Assembly: GCA_964016885.1 (NCBI GenBank) | Contig: OZ024745.1 | Span: 61,504,001 to 61,568,000, forward strand | DNA from: Eledone cirrhosa | Taxonomy: Eukaryota | Length of the DNA stretch: 64,000 nt | Direction of reading: 5' to 3' | Shown here: positions 43,879 to 57,208 of the stretch, one piece after another | How positions within the stretch are numbered: the first letter of the stretch is position 1 | Layout of the letters: each line of letters opens with the position of its first letter | Notes under the pieces: model-generated | Told to the model about the DNA's origin: nothing | Databases searched by the model: none | The model's input: only the letters and a program-made list of their open reading frames with translations | Program-made: the position numbers and the translations under genes

Positions 43879-43884
<6 letters not shown>
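43655..43884. repeat. Spacer-less ~230-bp palindrome inside (TA)n
   Basis: Centre at 43769/43770; only one mismatch seen (43767/43772). Confidence 0.95.
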
Positions 43885-43941
<57 letters not shown>

Positions 43942-44083
43942 GGAGGTGAGTTTTATTGTAGTACAATAAAGCAATGCAGATATCGGATAAGTAGCACTCT
44001 ACAATTTGTAGGACTGGAGTATAAATAATATATAAGATCAAAAGATGGTTAAAATACATGGATCTCTTTTAACCGTCTTTGAT

Positions 44084-44144
<61 letters not shown>

Positions 44145-44214
44145 AACCACTTCACTACAGGATGGACGTGCATGGCTACCGGTATATCACAATGATTGTA
44201 TAACTGCACCAATG

Positions 44215-44277
44215 ATTGCGTAAGAACCTGACGAAGTCACATGATTAACCATGCAACAGAAATATATATAATGCAAT
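44215..44277 (+). ncRNA. Hammerhead motif with offset stem I
   Basis: ATTGCGT-[AAGAAC]-CTGACGA-AGTCACATG..CATGCAACA-GAA-ATATATAT-A-ATGCAAT, then AATAAA. Confidence 0.5.
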
Positions 44278-44328
44278 AAACAATTATGGTGATTTAATCC
44301 CGCCTTAACTCCATTATTTTATATATAA

Positions 44329-44748
44329 AATAATTGTTTCTACTTTATAGGCACAAGGCAATTATCCAGTTCATTACTGGTACTTTATTTTATCGACCCC
44401 GTAAGGATGAAAGGCAAAGTTAACCTCGGCGGGATTTGAACTCAGATCGTAAAGGGACGTAACTATGCTGGAAAGCATGGCATCCAACCCTCTACCGATA
44501 CTGCCAATCCACTATAAAATAATGGTAGGTGAATATAAGGACGGTGAATTGGCAAGGGCGGTGAATTGGCAGTATCGGTAGAGGGTTGGACGCCATGCTT
44601 TGATGCATAGAGTTACGGCCCTTGCCATTCTGAGTTCAAATCCCGCCTAGGTTAACTTTGCTTTTCATCCTTACGGGGTCGATAAAATAAAGTACCAGTA
44701 ATGCACTGGGATAATTGTTGGCCTTGTGCCAAAAGTAGAAACAATTAT
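44329..44748. mobile_element. Head-to-head pair of SINE A copies (44329-44512 minus, 44555-44748 plus)
   Basis: Family A motifs in opposite orientation about 45 bp apart. Confidence 0.9.
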
Positions 44749-44868
44749 TTTATATATATATATATACAAAATATTAAAATAATCAAATCTTAGTTTAATA
44801 CATTATATATATATACATATATATAAATATAAATATATATAATATATATACATATATATATATATAAA

Positions 44869-44953
44869 TACAGGGTGTCCCCAAAATGTATACACACTTC
44901 AACAGCATTCTAATAAATATTGCCTGTACAGGTAATCAAAATGTGTATACATT
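44869..44953. mobile_element. Tc1/mariner-like MITE remnant
   Basis: TA-CAGGGTGTCCCCAAAATGTATACACACTT with partial inverted end TGTGTATACATTT; related to 63720-63800. Confidence 0.55.
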
Positions 44954-45139
44954 TATATATATACGTATATATGAGCAGATAAATTGAGGAGAAGGCAATA
45001 GATTTAAAAACAAAATTTACTTCTTATACGGTGTTGCATATATATAGATATATGCTTCATATGTGTGTGTGTATATATTTTATAAACATAACTTGTGCTT
45101 GTGTGAATAAGTAATGAATTTCAGTCCATATAAATCTGA

Positions 45140-45174
<35 letters not shown>

Positions 45175-45260
45175 ATATCGTGATCGTATGTCAAAACAGC
45201 ATGACTCAATCTAACATAGTGAAACCTTCGAATTACAGGTTACGTACAATGTACAGAAAC

Positions 45261-45304
<44 letters not shown>

Positions 45305-45429
45305 CAAAAAGTTATCACTCTACATGGCTGAATACAATAAAATAGATTACATTTTTACATTTATGTATATATATATATATAATGAAATGACACGAGGCTG
45401 GATTTGTGTAAATCCTTGAAAGGTTTATT

Positions 45430-45487
45430 ATACTATGATCATTTCAATGACCGGGTTCCGTTTGAATCCGGTGATATCATCAGGTAT
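45430..45487 (-). ncRNA. Minimal hammerhead ribozyme
   Basis: ATAC-CTGATGA-TATC-ACCGGATTC..GAACCCGGT-CATT-GAA-ATGATCAT-A-GTAT, then AATAAA, a ~45-nt tail and (TA)n. Confidence 0.75.
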
Positions 45488-45750
45488 TCGAAATATAATA
45501 CGTGAATGTAATAGGTAAAATCCATGGGGCTGAAAATCGAGGATCCGAGGGCGACCGCTATCCTGCTCCGTCAACCTCAGCCAGTCGCCCTCGAGTGACG
45601 TGGCTAAAGTTTACAGTGTGCTACTACCGGTCAGATAAACGAAAACAAAGACGGTTGAACTGCTTTACGTTGAGTACTCTCTATATTATTACATTACGAT
45701 TGACCATACGGAATAGACCAGCTCTATCCAGTGGTGAACCTCAAACCTGA

Positions 45751-45797
<47 letters not shown>

Positions 45798-45831
45798 TAA
45801 CAAATGGAAACTATATTTATAAAACCATATT

Positions 45832-45897
45832 TATTTTATTATACATATTTCAAGGGCCACCAAGGCAAAATATGGTGCGCTTTCATCAGATAAAATA
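45832..45897 (-). ncRNA. Minimal hammerhead ribozyme
   Basis: TATTTTAT-CTGATGA-AAGCGCACCA..TGGTGGCCCTT-GAA-ATATGTAT-A-ATAAAATA (8-bp stem I). Confidence 0.75.
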
Positions 45898-46005
45898 CAA
45901 TACAGATTAGTTTTACAAATAAATATTTACATACCCTGAAAAAAGACAACCTTAACGGTTGGAGCTTCCTGGATAGTTGAATCCCAACAAATTAAATATA
46001 ACCTC

Positions 46006-46042
<37 letters not shown>

Positions 46043-46378
46043 GGAAAAAATGAAACGAGATTTTATTTCCCACTCTTAGTACAGCTGTTACTTAAATATA
46101 AGTATGTACACATACATACATATATGTATACAGACGTACAGTAGTATGTATATATATATATATACATACATGCACACATATATATATGTACGTATGGATA
46201 TATATATATGTATATATATATATATGTATATATATATAAATATATAAATATATAAATATATAAATATGTATATATATAAATGTTCGGTGAATCCATACGT
46301 ACATATATATATATGTGTGCATGTATGTGTATATATATATACATACTACTGTATGTCTGTATACATATATGTATGTAC

Positions 46379-46447
<69 letters not shown>

Positions 46448-46842
46448 CGGGGAGAGAGAGCGTTAGAGAGAAAGAGAGGAGAATCGACTCCAATACTGGA
46501 CTAGTAGTTTGTTGATCGACCCTGAGAGGATGAGATGCAAAGTTGACTGCAATAAGATTTTAACTCAATGAGAACTAAAACAAATACCGCACAGCATTTC
46601 ATTCGTCTGAATTTTCCAGCTAACTAGATTACATAGAACTGTTTGACAACAACAACAACAACAACAACAACAAAAACAACAACAACAACAACGATAAACA
46701 GAGGAAAACAATGGGATGGTTATGACTTGAGTGCATTTGATGATGGGACTGCTCGCTCAAAGTTGAACATTGATTAAACATATAACAACAAAATCTACAT
46801 CATTCAATTATAAACAAAGCTACCACCAGCACAATTACCTTT

Positions 46843-46844
<2 letters not shown>

Positions 46845-46939
<95 letters not shown>

Positions 46940-47644
46940 CCACCATCACCATCACCACCACCACCACCATCACCATCACCACCACCAGCACCACCACCAC
47001 CACCACCAGCACCACCACCACCAGCACCAGCACCACCATCACCATCACCACCACCAACACCACCACCAGCACCAGGACCACCACCATAACCAGCACCACC
47101 ACCACCATCACCACCACTATCACCACCACCACCAGGACCAGCACCACCATCACCAGCACCAGGACCACCACCACCACCACCAGGACCAGCACCAGCACCA
47201 TCACCACTATCACCACCATCACCATCACCAGCACCAGCACCACCACCACCAGCACCACCACCACCACCACCATCACCAGCACCAGCACCATCACCACCAT
47301 CACCACCACTATCACCACCACCACCACCACCATCACCAGCACCAGCACCATCACCACCATCACCACCACTATCACCACCACCACCACCAGGACCAGCACC
47401 ACCATCACCATCACCAGCACCACCACCACCAGGACCAGCACCACCATCACCAGCACCAGCACCATCACCACCATCACCACCACCACCATCACCACCACCA
47501 CCACCATCACCAGCACCAGCACCACCATCACCATCACCACCACCACCACCACCAGGACCAGCACCACCATCACCATCACCAGCACCAGCACCACTATCAT
47601 CACCATCACCAGCACCAGCACTACCATCACCAGCACCACCACCA
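46845..47644. repeat. (CA)n followed by (CAC/CAT/CAG)n compound repeat
   Basis: Direct reading. Confidence 0.95.
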
Positions 47645-47726
47645 GACAGACAAATATATATAAATAAATAAACAGATGGATAGATAGCTGAATAGATGGT
47701 TGGATCGATAGATAGATACATAGATA

Positions 47727-48160
47727 TATTTCTTTATTAGCCACAAGGGCGCACAAGAAAAGGGGACAATACAAAGACATGCCGGGGATTTTACATACAG
47801 TCGTGTAAAAAATATAAAAACAACAATCGAAACAACAATCGAAACCCCAATAGGGGGGAGGCGCCACAAATGGGTTGTTTAATACCCCGTAGATAGAACA
47901 ACCCCCAACTGCAGGAGCGTGTTGTGCAAGTGCTCCCTTCTTCCTTTTGCTCTCTTCTTCAACCTACAGGCTTATAAACAGAGAAGGCCCAATCACTCGG
48001 GCCATTTTTGCTTCATTCACCCACCTTTCAGTAAATTTACTGGGGTTTAGTTCCTCTCTCTCCACCCTGATTCTCCTTCTAAAGTGATACTTAAAGAAGG
48101 GAATCAATTGTTGTCCGGAGAGAAAGGCATCTGTCCTCAGTCCTCTCAACCTCGTCCACC
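47727..48160 (-). mobile_element. L1/Tx1 3'-end fragment in (GATA)n
   Basis: C-terminal peptide ..FFKYHFRRRIRVERE.L...F.ERWV..A. The 3' UTR ends AATAAAGAAAT and shares CCAATAGGGGGAG-like and AATAAAGAAA motifs with the 13.2-kb element. Confidence 0.7.
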
Positions 48161-48587
48161 ATAGATAGATAGACAGACAAATAGTTAAATAGACAAATGG
48201 ATAGATAGATCGATAGTTAGATGGATGACTAGAATAGGGGAGAAAGAGTAGAGAGAAAGAGAAAATATACAGAGAAAGAAGGAAAAACCACAGTATTTGA
48301 TTAGTTCTTTACTTCATCCGACCCCGAAGAGATGAAAGGCATAGTTTGACATCGGATGGATTTGAACTTAGAACTTTGATTACAAACAAGGCATTCTAAT
48401 CCACACTCAAACGACACTGTTAATTTACCGCTGTCTACAACAATAACAAATACATTAATCGAAGAAAGCTTATAGTATCGATATATATATATAATTAAAA
48501 GTTTAACAAAGTTCAATGAATTAATCAATGAATAAAGTTTCACAATATATTAGAAGCACTCTACAGTTGGGTTTTTGTAATAGTATA

Positions 48588-48717
<130 letters not shown>

Positions 48718-48873
48718 TATATATATATTTAAGAGTTAAACAAGGTTCAATGAATATATCAAAGAATGAGATTTACAATAGATTGGAAGCACTCAACCAG
48801 AAAAAAGGTTTTCCAGGTTTTCCTTGACTGAATCTTAACCATCTCCTATGTCAGGGCATGTCATGTATCATTT

Positions 48874-48940
48874 TATTTTATCTGATGAGGACGTACTGTT
48901 TAACTTAACTCTGTACCTCTGAAATATGTATAATAAAATA
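48874..48940 (+). ncRNA. Minimal hammerhead ribozyme
   Basis: TATTTTAT-CTGATGA-GGACGTAC..GTACCTCT-GAA-ATATGTAT-A-ATAAAATA; same stems I and III as 45832-45897 with a different stem II. Confidence 0.75.
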
Positions 48941-48992
48941 TTATTGATCACTAGAATATCTATTTTGTTAATATTTTGAATTAATATATATA

Positions 48993-49064
<72 letters not shown>

Positions 49065-49084
49065 TATATATAATATATATATAA

Positions 49085-49126
<42 letters not shown>

Positions 49127-49215
49127 CATATTTCAGAGGTACAGAGTTAAGTTCAACAGTACGTCCTCATATATTATATATATATATATAGATTATATAT
49201 ATATATTATATATAA

Positions 49216-49287
<72 letters not shown>

Positions 49288-49296
49288 TATTATATA

Positions 49297-49336
<40 letters not shown>

Positions 49337-49367
49337 TATATATAAATATATATAAATATATATATAA

Positions 49368-49451
<84 letters not shown>

Positions 49452-49574
49452 CTATTATATATATAAATACGGGGTCGATAAAATAAAGTACCAGTAATAC
49501 ACTGGGTTATTGCTGGCCTTGTGCCAAAAGTAGAAACAATTATATATATAAATATTATATATATTATATATATA

Positions 49575-49676
<102 letters not shown>

Positions 49677-49980
49677 CTATATATGTATATATATATATAT
49701 ATATGTATATACTATAAAATGAAAAAAAAAAAAAAAAAGAAAACAGAAAAATTCCTAATTAAAGCTCGAATCTTGCGAGTGCATTTGGGAGTGTACGCAT
49801 GCGCAAGGATGTAATGTCAACTATCTGTTTTCCGGGGTTGCTAGTTTTTTCAGTACATAAGCATCATAGAAAATGAAATGAGTTTTTGTGGTTGATGTTT
49901 GAGGTTATTGGGTGGGTTCCATGTTTGTTTACAGCTGCAAATCACAGATATGAAATGTTCTGAAACAATAAGGGTGGGAT

Positions 49981-50220
<240 letters not shown>

Positions 50221-50287
50221 ACGACAATAGCAAAGAAGAGAAAAAATATATGAAAGAATTAATATTGAATGATGATGTCGAGAACAC

Positions 50288-53200
50288 TGATGGTGGTGGT
50301 GGCGGTGGTGGTGGTGATGGCGGTGATGGCGGTGGTGGTGGTGGTGGTGGTGGTGGTGATGGTGGTGATAGTGGTGGTGGTGGTGGTGATGGCGGTGATG
50401 GTGGTGGTGGTGGTGATGGTGGTGGTGGTGATGGTGGTGCTAGTGGTGGTGGTGGTGGTGATGGCGGTGATGGTGGTGGTGGTGGTGATGGTGGTGGTGG
50501 TGATGGTGGTGCTAGTGGTGGTGGTGGTGGTGGTGGTGGTGATGGTGGTGATAGTGGTGGTGGTGGTGGTGGTGATGCTGATGGTTGGGACGGGGGTGGT
50601 GATGGTGGTTGTGGTGGTGATGGTGGTTGTGGTGGTGATGGTGGTGGTGGTGGTGATGCTGATGGTTGGGACGGGGGTGGTGATGGTGGTTGTGGTGGTG
50701 ATGATGGTGGCGGTGGTGGTGGTGATGGCGGTGATGGTGGTGGTGGTGGTGATAGTGGTGGTGGTGGTGATGCTGATGGTTGGGACGGGGGTGGTGATGG
50801 TGGTGGTGGTTGTGATGGTGGTGGTGGTGTGATGTTGGTGGTGGTAATGTTGGTTGTGGTGTAAATGTTGGTGGTGCTGATGATGGTTGTCGTGATGGTG
50901 GTGGTTGGGACGGAGATGGTGGTGGTGGTGGTGGTGATGGTGGTAGTGGTGATAGTGGTGGTGGTGGTGGTGGTGATGCTGATGGTTGGGACGGGGGTGG
51001 TGATGGAGGTTGTGGTGGTGATGGTGGTGGTGGTTGGGACGGGTGTGGTGGTGGCGGTAATGTTGTTGGTGGTGGTGATGGTGGTGATGGTGGTGGTTGG
51101 GACGGAGGAGGTGAGGGTAGTGGAGGTGGTGGTTGGGACGGATGGTGGTGGTGGTTGTGGTGGTGGTGATGGTGGTGGTGATGGTGTGATGATGGTGGTG
51201 GTAATGTTGGTTGTGGTGTAAATGTTGGTGGTTGCAGGTGGGGATGGTGGTGGTGGTTGTTGGTGGTGATGGTGGTGGTGATGGTGGTGATGGTGGTGGT
51301 GATGGTGGTAATGGTGGTGGTGATGATGGCGGTGGTGGTAATGATAATGGTGGTGATGATGATGGTGGTGGTGGTGGCAAATATGATGATGTTGGTGTTG
51401 ATGATGGTGGCGGTGTTGATCCTGGTGGTGGTGATGATGGCGGCGATGATGATGATGGTGGTGGTGACGATGATGGTGGTAATGATGATGGCGGTGGTGG
51501 TGTTGATAATAGTGGTGGTGATGGCGGTTGTGGTGATGATGATGGTGGTGGGGACGATGATGGTGGTGATGATGATGACGGTGGTGAGGATGATGGCGGT
51601 AGTGGTGATGGCGGTGGTAATAATGATGGTGGTGGTGATGATGGCGGCGGTGGTGGTGTTGACAATAGTGGTGGTGATGGTGGTGGTGACGATGTTGGTG
51701 GTGGTGGTGATGGCGGTGGTTGTGATGATGGTGGTGGTGATGATGGCGGTGGTGACGATGTTGGTGGTGGTGGTGATGGCGGTGGTGGTGATGATGATGA
51801 TGAATGACGGTGGTGGTGACGATGGCGGTGGTGAGGATGATGAATGATGGTGGTGGTGAAGGTGAGAATGATGATTTTGATGATAGGTGATGGTGATGAT
51901 GTTAATGATGATGATCACAAAAACGATAAGATGATGATGATGACAATGATGATGATGATCATGATAATTATGGCGGGGGTGGCGGTGATGACGAGGATGA
52001 TGATAATGATTATGATGGTGGCGGTGATGACGATGATGCTGGTGGTGGTGGTGGTGGTGGTGGTGATGATAATGATTATGGTGGTGGTGGTGGTGGTGGT
52101 TATGACGATGATGGTGGTGGTGGTGGTGATGGTGGTGGTGGTGTTAGTGGTGGTGGTGGTGGTGATGATGATGATTATGGTGGTGGTGGTTATGACGATG
52201 ATGGTGGTGGTGGTGGTGGTGGTGGTGATGCTGATGGTTGGGACGGGGGTGGTGATGGAGGTTGTGGTGGTGATGGTGGTGGTGGTGGTGATGGTGGTGG
52301 TGGTGATGATGGTGGTGGTTGGGACGGTGGTGGTGGTGATGATGGTGGTGATAGTGGTTGTGGTGGGGGTGGTGGTTGGGACGGAGGAGGTGAGGGTAGT
52401 GGAGGTGGTGGTTGGGACGGATGGTGGTGGTGGTTGTGGTGGTGGTGATGGTGGTAGTGGTTGTGATGGTGGTGGTGGTGATGGTGTGATGATGGTGGTG
52501 GTAATGTTGGTGGTGGTAATGTTGGTTGTGGTGTAAATGTTGGTGGTGCTGATGATGGTTGTGGTGGTGGTGGTGGTGGTTGGGACAGAGATGGTGGTGG
52601 TGGTGGTGATGGTGGTTGTGGTGTAAATGTTGGTGGTGCTGATGATGGTTGTGGTGGTGGTGGTTATGGTGGTGGTGGTTGTTGGTGGTGATGGTGGTGG
52701 TGATGGTGGTGGTGATGGTGGTGGTGGTGATGATGGTGGTGGTTGGGACGGTGGTGGTGGTGATGATGGTGGTGATAGTGGTTGTGGTGGGGGTGGTGGT
52801 TGGGACGGAGGAGGTGAGGGTAGTGGAGGTGGTGGTTGGGACGGATGGTGGTGGTGGTTGTGGTGGTGGTGATGGTGGTAGTGGTTGTGATGGTGGTGGT
52901 GGTGATGGTGTGATGATGGTGGTGGTAATGTTGGTGGTGGTAATGTTGGTTGTGGTGTAAATGTTGGTGGTGCTGATGATGGTTGTGGTGGTGGTGGTGG
53001 TGGTTGGGACAGAGATGGTGGTGGTGGTGGTGATGGTGGTTGTGGTGTAAATGTTGGTGGTGCTGATGATGGTTGTGGTGGTGGTGGTTATGGTGGTGGT
53101 GGTTGCAGGTGGTTGCAGGTGGGGATGGTGGTGATGATGGTGGTGGTGGTTGTTGGTGGTGATGGTGGTGGTGATGGTGGTGGTGATGGTGGTGGTGATG

Positions 53201-54980
53201 GTGGTGGTGATAGTGGTAATGGTGTTGGTGATGGTGGTAATGGTGGTGGTGATGATGGCGGTGGTGGTAATGATAATGGTGGTGATGATGATGGTGGTGG
53301 TGGCAAATATGATGATGTTGGTGTTGATGATGGTGGCGGTGCTGATCCTAGTGGTGGTGATGATGGCGGCGATGATGATGATGGTGGTGGTGACGATGAT
53401 GGTGGTGATGATGATGGCGGTGGTGGTGTTGATAATAGTGGTGGTGATGGCGGTTGTGGTGATGATGATGGCGGTGGGGACGATGATGGTGGTGATGATG
53501 ATGACGGTGGTGAGGATGATGGCGGTAGTGGTGATGGCGGTGGGGACGATGATGGTGGTGATGATGATGGTGGTGGTGACGATGTTGGTGGAGGTGGTGA
53601 TGGCGGTGGTGGTGATGTATGGTGGTGGTGATGATGGCGGTGGTGGTGTTGATGATAGTGGTGGTGATGGTGGTGGTGACGATGATGGCGGTGGTGGTGA
53701 TGATGATGATGAATGGCGGTGGTGGTGATGATGGCGGTGGTGAGGATGATGAATGATGGTGGTGGTGAAGGTGAGAATGATGATTTTGATGATAGGTGAT
53801 GGTGATGATGTTAATGATGATGATCACAAAAACGATAAGATGATGATGATGACAATGATGATGATGATCATGATAATTATGGCGGGGGTGGCGGTGATGA
53901 CGAGGATGATGATGATAATGATTATGATGGTGGCGGTGATGACGATGATGCTGGTGGTGGTGGTGGTGGTGGTGGTGATAATGATTATTATGGTGGTGGT
54001 GGTGGTGGTGGTTATGACGATGATGGTGGTGGTGGTGTTGGTGGTGGTGGTGGTGGTGATGATGATGATTATGGTGGTGGTGGTGGTGGCGATGACGATG
54101 ATGCTGGTGGTGGTGTTGGTGGTGGTGGTGGTGATGATAATGATTATGGTGATGGTTGTGGTTATGACGATGATGGTGGTGGTGGTGGTGGTGATGATAA
54201 TGATTATGGTGGTGGTGGTTATGACGATGATGATGGTGGTGCTGGTGGTGGTGGTGGTGGTGATGATAATGATTATGGTGGTGGTTGTGGTTATGACGAT
54301 GATGATGGTGCTGGTGGTGGTGGTGGTGGTGGTGGTGGTTATGACGATGATGATGGTGGTGGTGGTGGTGGTGGTGGTGGTGATGATAATGATTATGGTG
54401 GTGGTGGTGGTTATGACGATGATGATGGTGGTGGTGGTGGTGGTGGTGGTGGTGGTTATGACGATGATGGTGGTGCTGGTGGTGGTGGTGGTGGTTATGA
54501 CGATGATGGTGGTGCTGGTGGTGGTGGTGGTGGTGATGATAATGATTATGCTGGTGGTGGTGGTTATGACGATGATGATGGTGGTGGTGGTGGTGGTGGT
54601 GGTGGTGGTTATGACGATGATGGTGGTGCTGGTGGTGGTGGTGGTGGTTATGACGATGATGGTGGTGCTGGTGGTGGTGGTGGTGGTGATGATAATGATT
54701 ATGGTGGTGGTGGTGGTTATGACGATGATGATGGTGGTGGTGGTGGTGGTGGTGGTTATGACGATGATGGTGGTGCTGGTGGTGATGATGATGATTTTGC
54801 AGAGGAGGACAAAGATCAAAATCTTAAAAGATCGACAGACAAACATTTTGACGCTAAATACAACATCAATAACGACATCGAGTCTTTATTGTTGATGATG
54901 ATGATGATGATGATGATAATCATGATGATAATCATGATTATGATGATGATGATGATAACGATGACGATGATGACGATGAC

Positions 54981-55014
<34 letters not shown>

Positions 55015-55220
55015 GTAGTGTAGAAGGTGGTTTCACTCGTGAAGATAATATTGACAGTGAAGACAACGATGTGAATAATGTTGACTATGATGATATGTGC
55101 TATCGTAAAAAATCTGACATCAACGTTGATGATGATGGTGATGGTGATGATGATGATGATGATGATGGTGGTGATGACGATGACGATGACGATGATGATG
55201 AGGATGATAATGGTGATATT
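50288..55220. repeat. ~4.9-kb (GGT/GAT)n compound satellite with internal segmental duplications
   Basis: Direct reading; unique marker motifs recur about 1.9 kb apart. Confidence 0.95.
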
Positions 55221-55363
55221 TTGATGTTCCCGATGAGGTTAATGTTTATTTTAATTGACCCCGGAAGGGGAAGGAGGAAAAGCATGGTTAACCTTAGTGA
55301 GATTTCAAATGTAAAGATCTAAAACAAATACATACTATTATATTTAACAGAACTTTAACAGAA

Positions 55364-55551
55364 GGGCGTCGGATTGGCAGTATCAGTAGAGGGTCGGACG
55401 CCATGCTTTCCAGCATAGTTACGTCCCTTTACGATCTGAGTTCAAATCCCGCCGAGGTTGACTTTGCCTTTCATCCTTACGGGGTCGATAAAATAAAGTA
55501 CCAGTAATGCACTGGGTAATTGCTGGCCTTGTGCCTAAAGTAGAAACAATT
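55364..55551 (+). mobile_element. SINE family A with 19-bp TSD
   Basis: ATTATATTTAACAGAACTT at 55337-55355 and 55549-55567. Confidence 0.92.
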
Positions 55552-55639
55552 ATATTTAACAGAACTTCTAAACCTTTAAAAAGAGATTGTATTCTCCGAG
55601 CAACTACTGCCGATAGTTTGATGTTGGCAGGGAAAGTTC

Positions 55640-55955
55640 AAATATATTTGTTAATTTGAGAAGAAAGAATGGAATGTAAAATATGAAGATATAAAAATAA
55701 AACGGGATAGGAAGGAAAAGGCAAGGGCTCTAGTGTCATAGAAGAATGGGGAGGGGGAAAGGGGTGGGTAATTGGGGTTCTGGGCCAAGGACGCGGCAGT
55801 AATGGGGTTGCGCAACGCGGACAAGACCGCAAAGGCATTCTCGCAGGCTATGGCCAACGGCATCTGCTGCAACAGCCACCCCACCTATCGGGGCTCCTTC
55901 CTTAGACGGGCCGCCGACGTTCCGATATCGCGGAGGAGCTCGTAGATTGAACCCG

Positions 55956-55957
<2 letters not shown>
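55640..55957 (-). mobile_element. CRE-clade-like LINE 3'-end fragment
   Basis: Minus frame ELLRDIGTSAARLRKEPR*VGWLLQQMPLAIACENAFAVL resembles the CRE C-terminus (L.QR.S.A.QRGNA..IL); pyrimidine-rich 3' UTR. Confidence 0.55.
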
Positions 55958-55986
<29 letters not shown>

Positions 55987-56140
55987 CTCTCCAAACTCAA
56001 AACACATTTATTTGTATATGTTGTTTGTCGGATATTGATGTTTTTCTGACCATTTTAGGGTGCAAAGAGCTAATCTAATCACTAAAACTAAATTGACCAA
56101 ATTTGTCTCCCCCAATTCAGAAATGCTTCCACCGCCTCTG

Positions 56141-56173
<33 letters not shown>

Positions 56174-56509
56174 ATATAACTAGAACTAAAACTACTAGCA
56201 CTGCAACTCAGAAGGAATATCGCAAGAATTCTCTATTGAACACTTTAGCAATTTTACCAATTATACACCTTTATTAGAGAACTAGATGCTATGCCAGAAC
56301 ATGGCAATGGGTCTTTCATAGTCTGTCTTGATTGTCTTTGGTCTGGGTTGGTTCTATGGCATCTAGGTCATCTTTTTTTCTAAATAAAAAAAAAACTCTT
56401 TCTCATCATCATCATCATCAACAATAACGACAACAATAACAGTAGGAATATCAATGAGAACCTGAGAAAAATAACAAGCAGTGGCGAATATAAACAAATA
56501 AATATAAAA

Positions 56510-56564
<55 letters not shown>

Positions 56565-57081
56565 AAAAATAAAATAATATGTGAATGACGTATAAAAATA
56601 GGCTGAAACTTATTGAGATTTAGTAACACAGTTGGATGTGTGTTTTTGTCTTTCACACACATTTTGTTGATTGAGAAAAGTATTTTATATTCAACAGAAT
56701 GGGAAACTAACCTACAGGAAGTCAGAAACTGTGTGTATATGTATGAGAGAGAGATAGAAGGTAAAAAGAAAACACACATACACACACAGACTCAGAGGCA
56801 CACAGACTCAGAGACACACAGACACAGACACACACACGCATACACACATACACACACACATACACACATACACACATACACACACACACAGACTCACACA
56901 CACACATACACAGACACACATAGACAAACAGACACATACACATACACATACACAGAAACACATAGACACACACACACTGACAAAGACACACACAGACACA
57001 CATATAGTTGTACACACGCACGGACATATATTAAGAGTGAGAAAAAGAGAGGGAGAGATAGATAGATAGATAGAGACATAT

Positions 57082-57144
<63 letters not shown>

Positions 57145-57208
57145 AAAAAATAGTATGTAAGAAAGACTGTAAGACAAAGAATATTTGTCTCCTTGCAATA
57201 GTGTGAAC

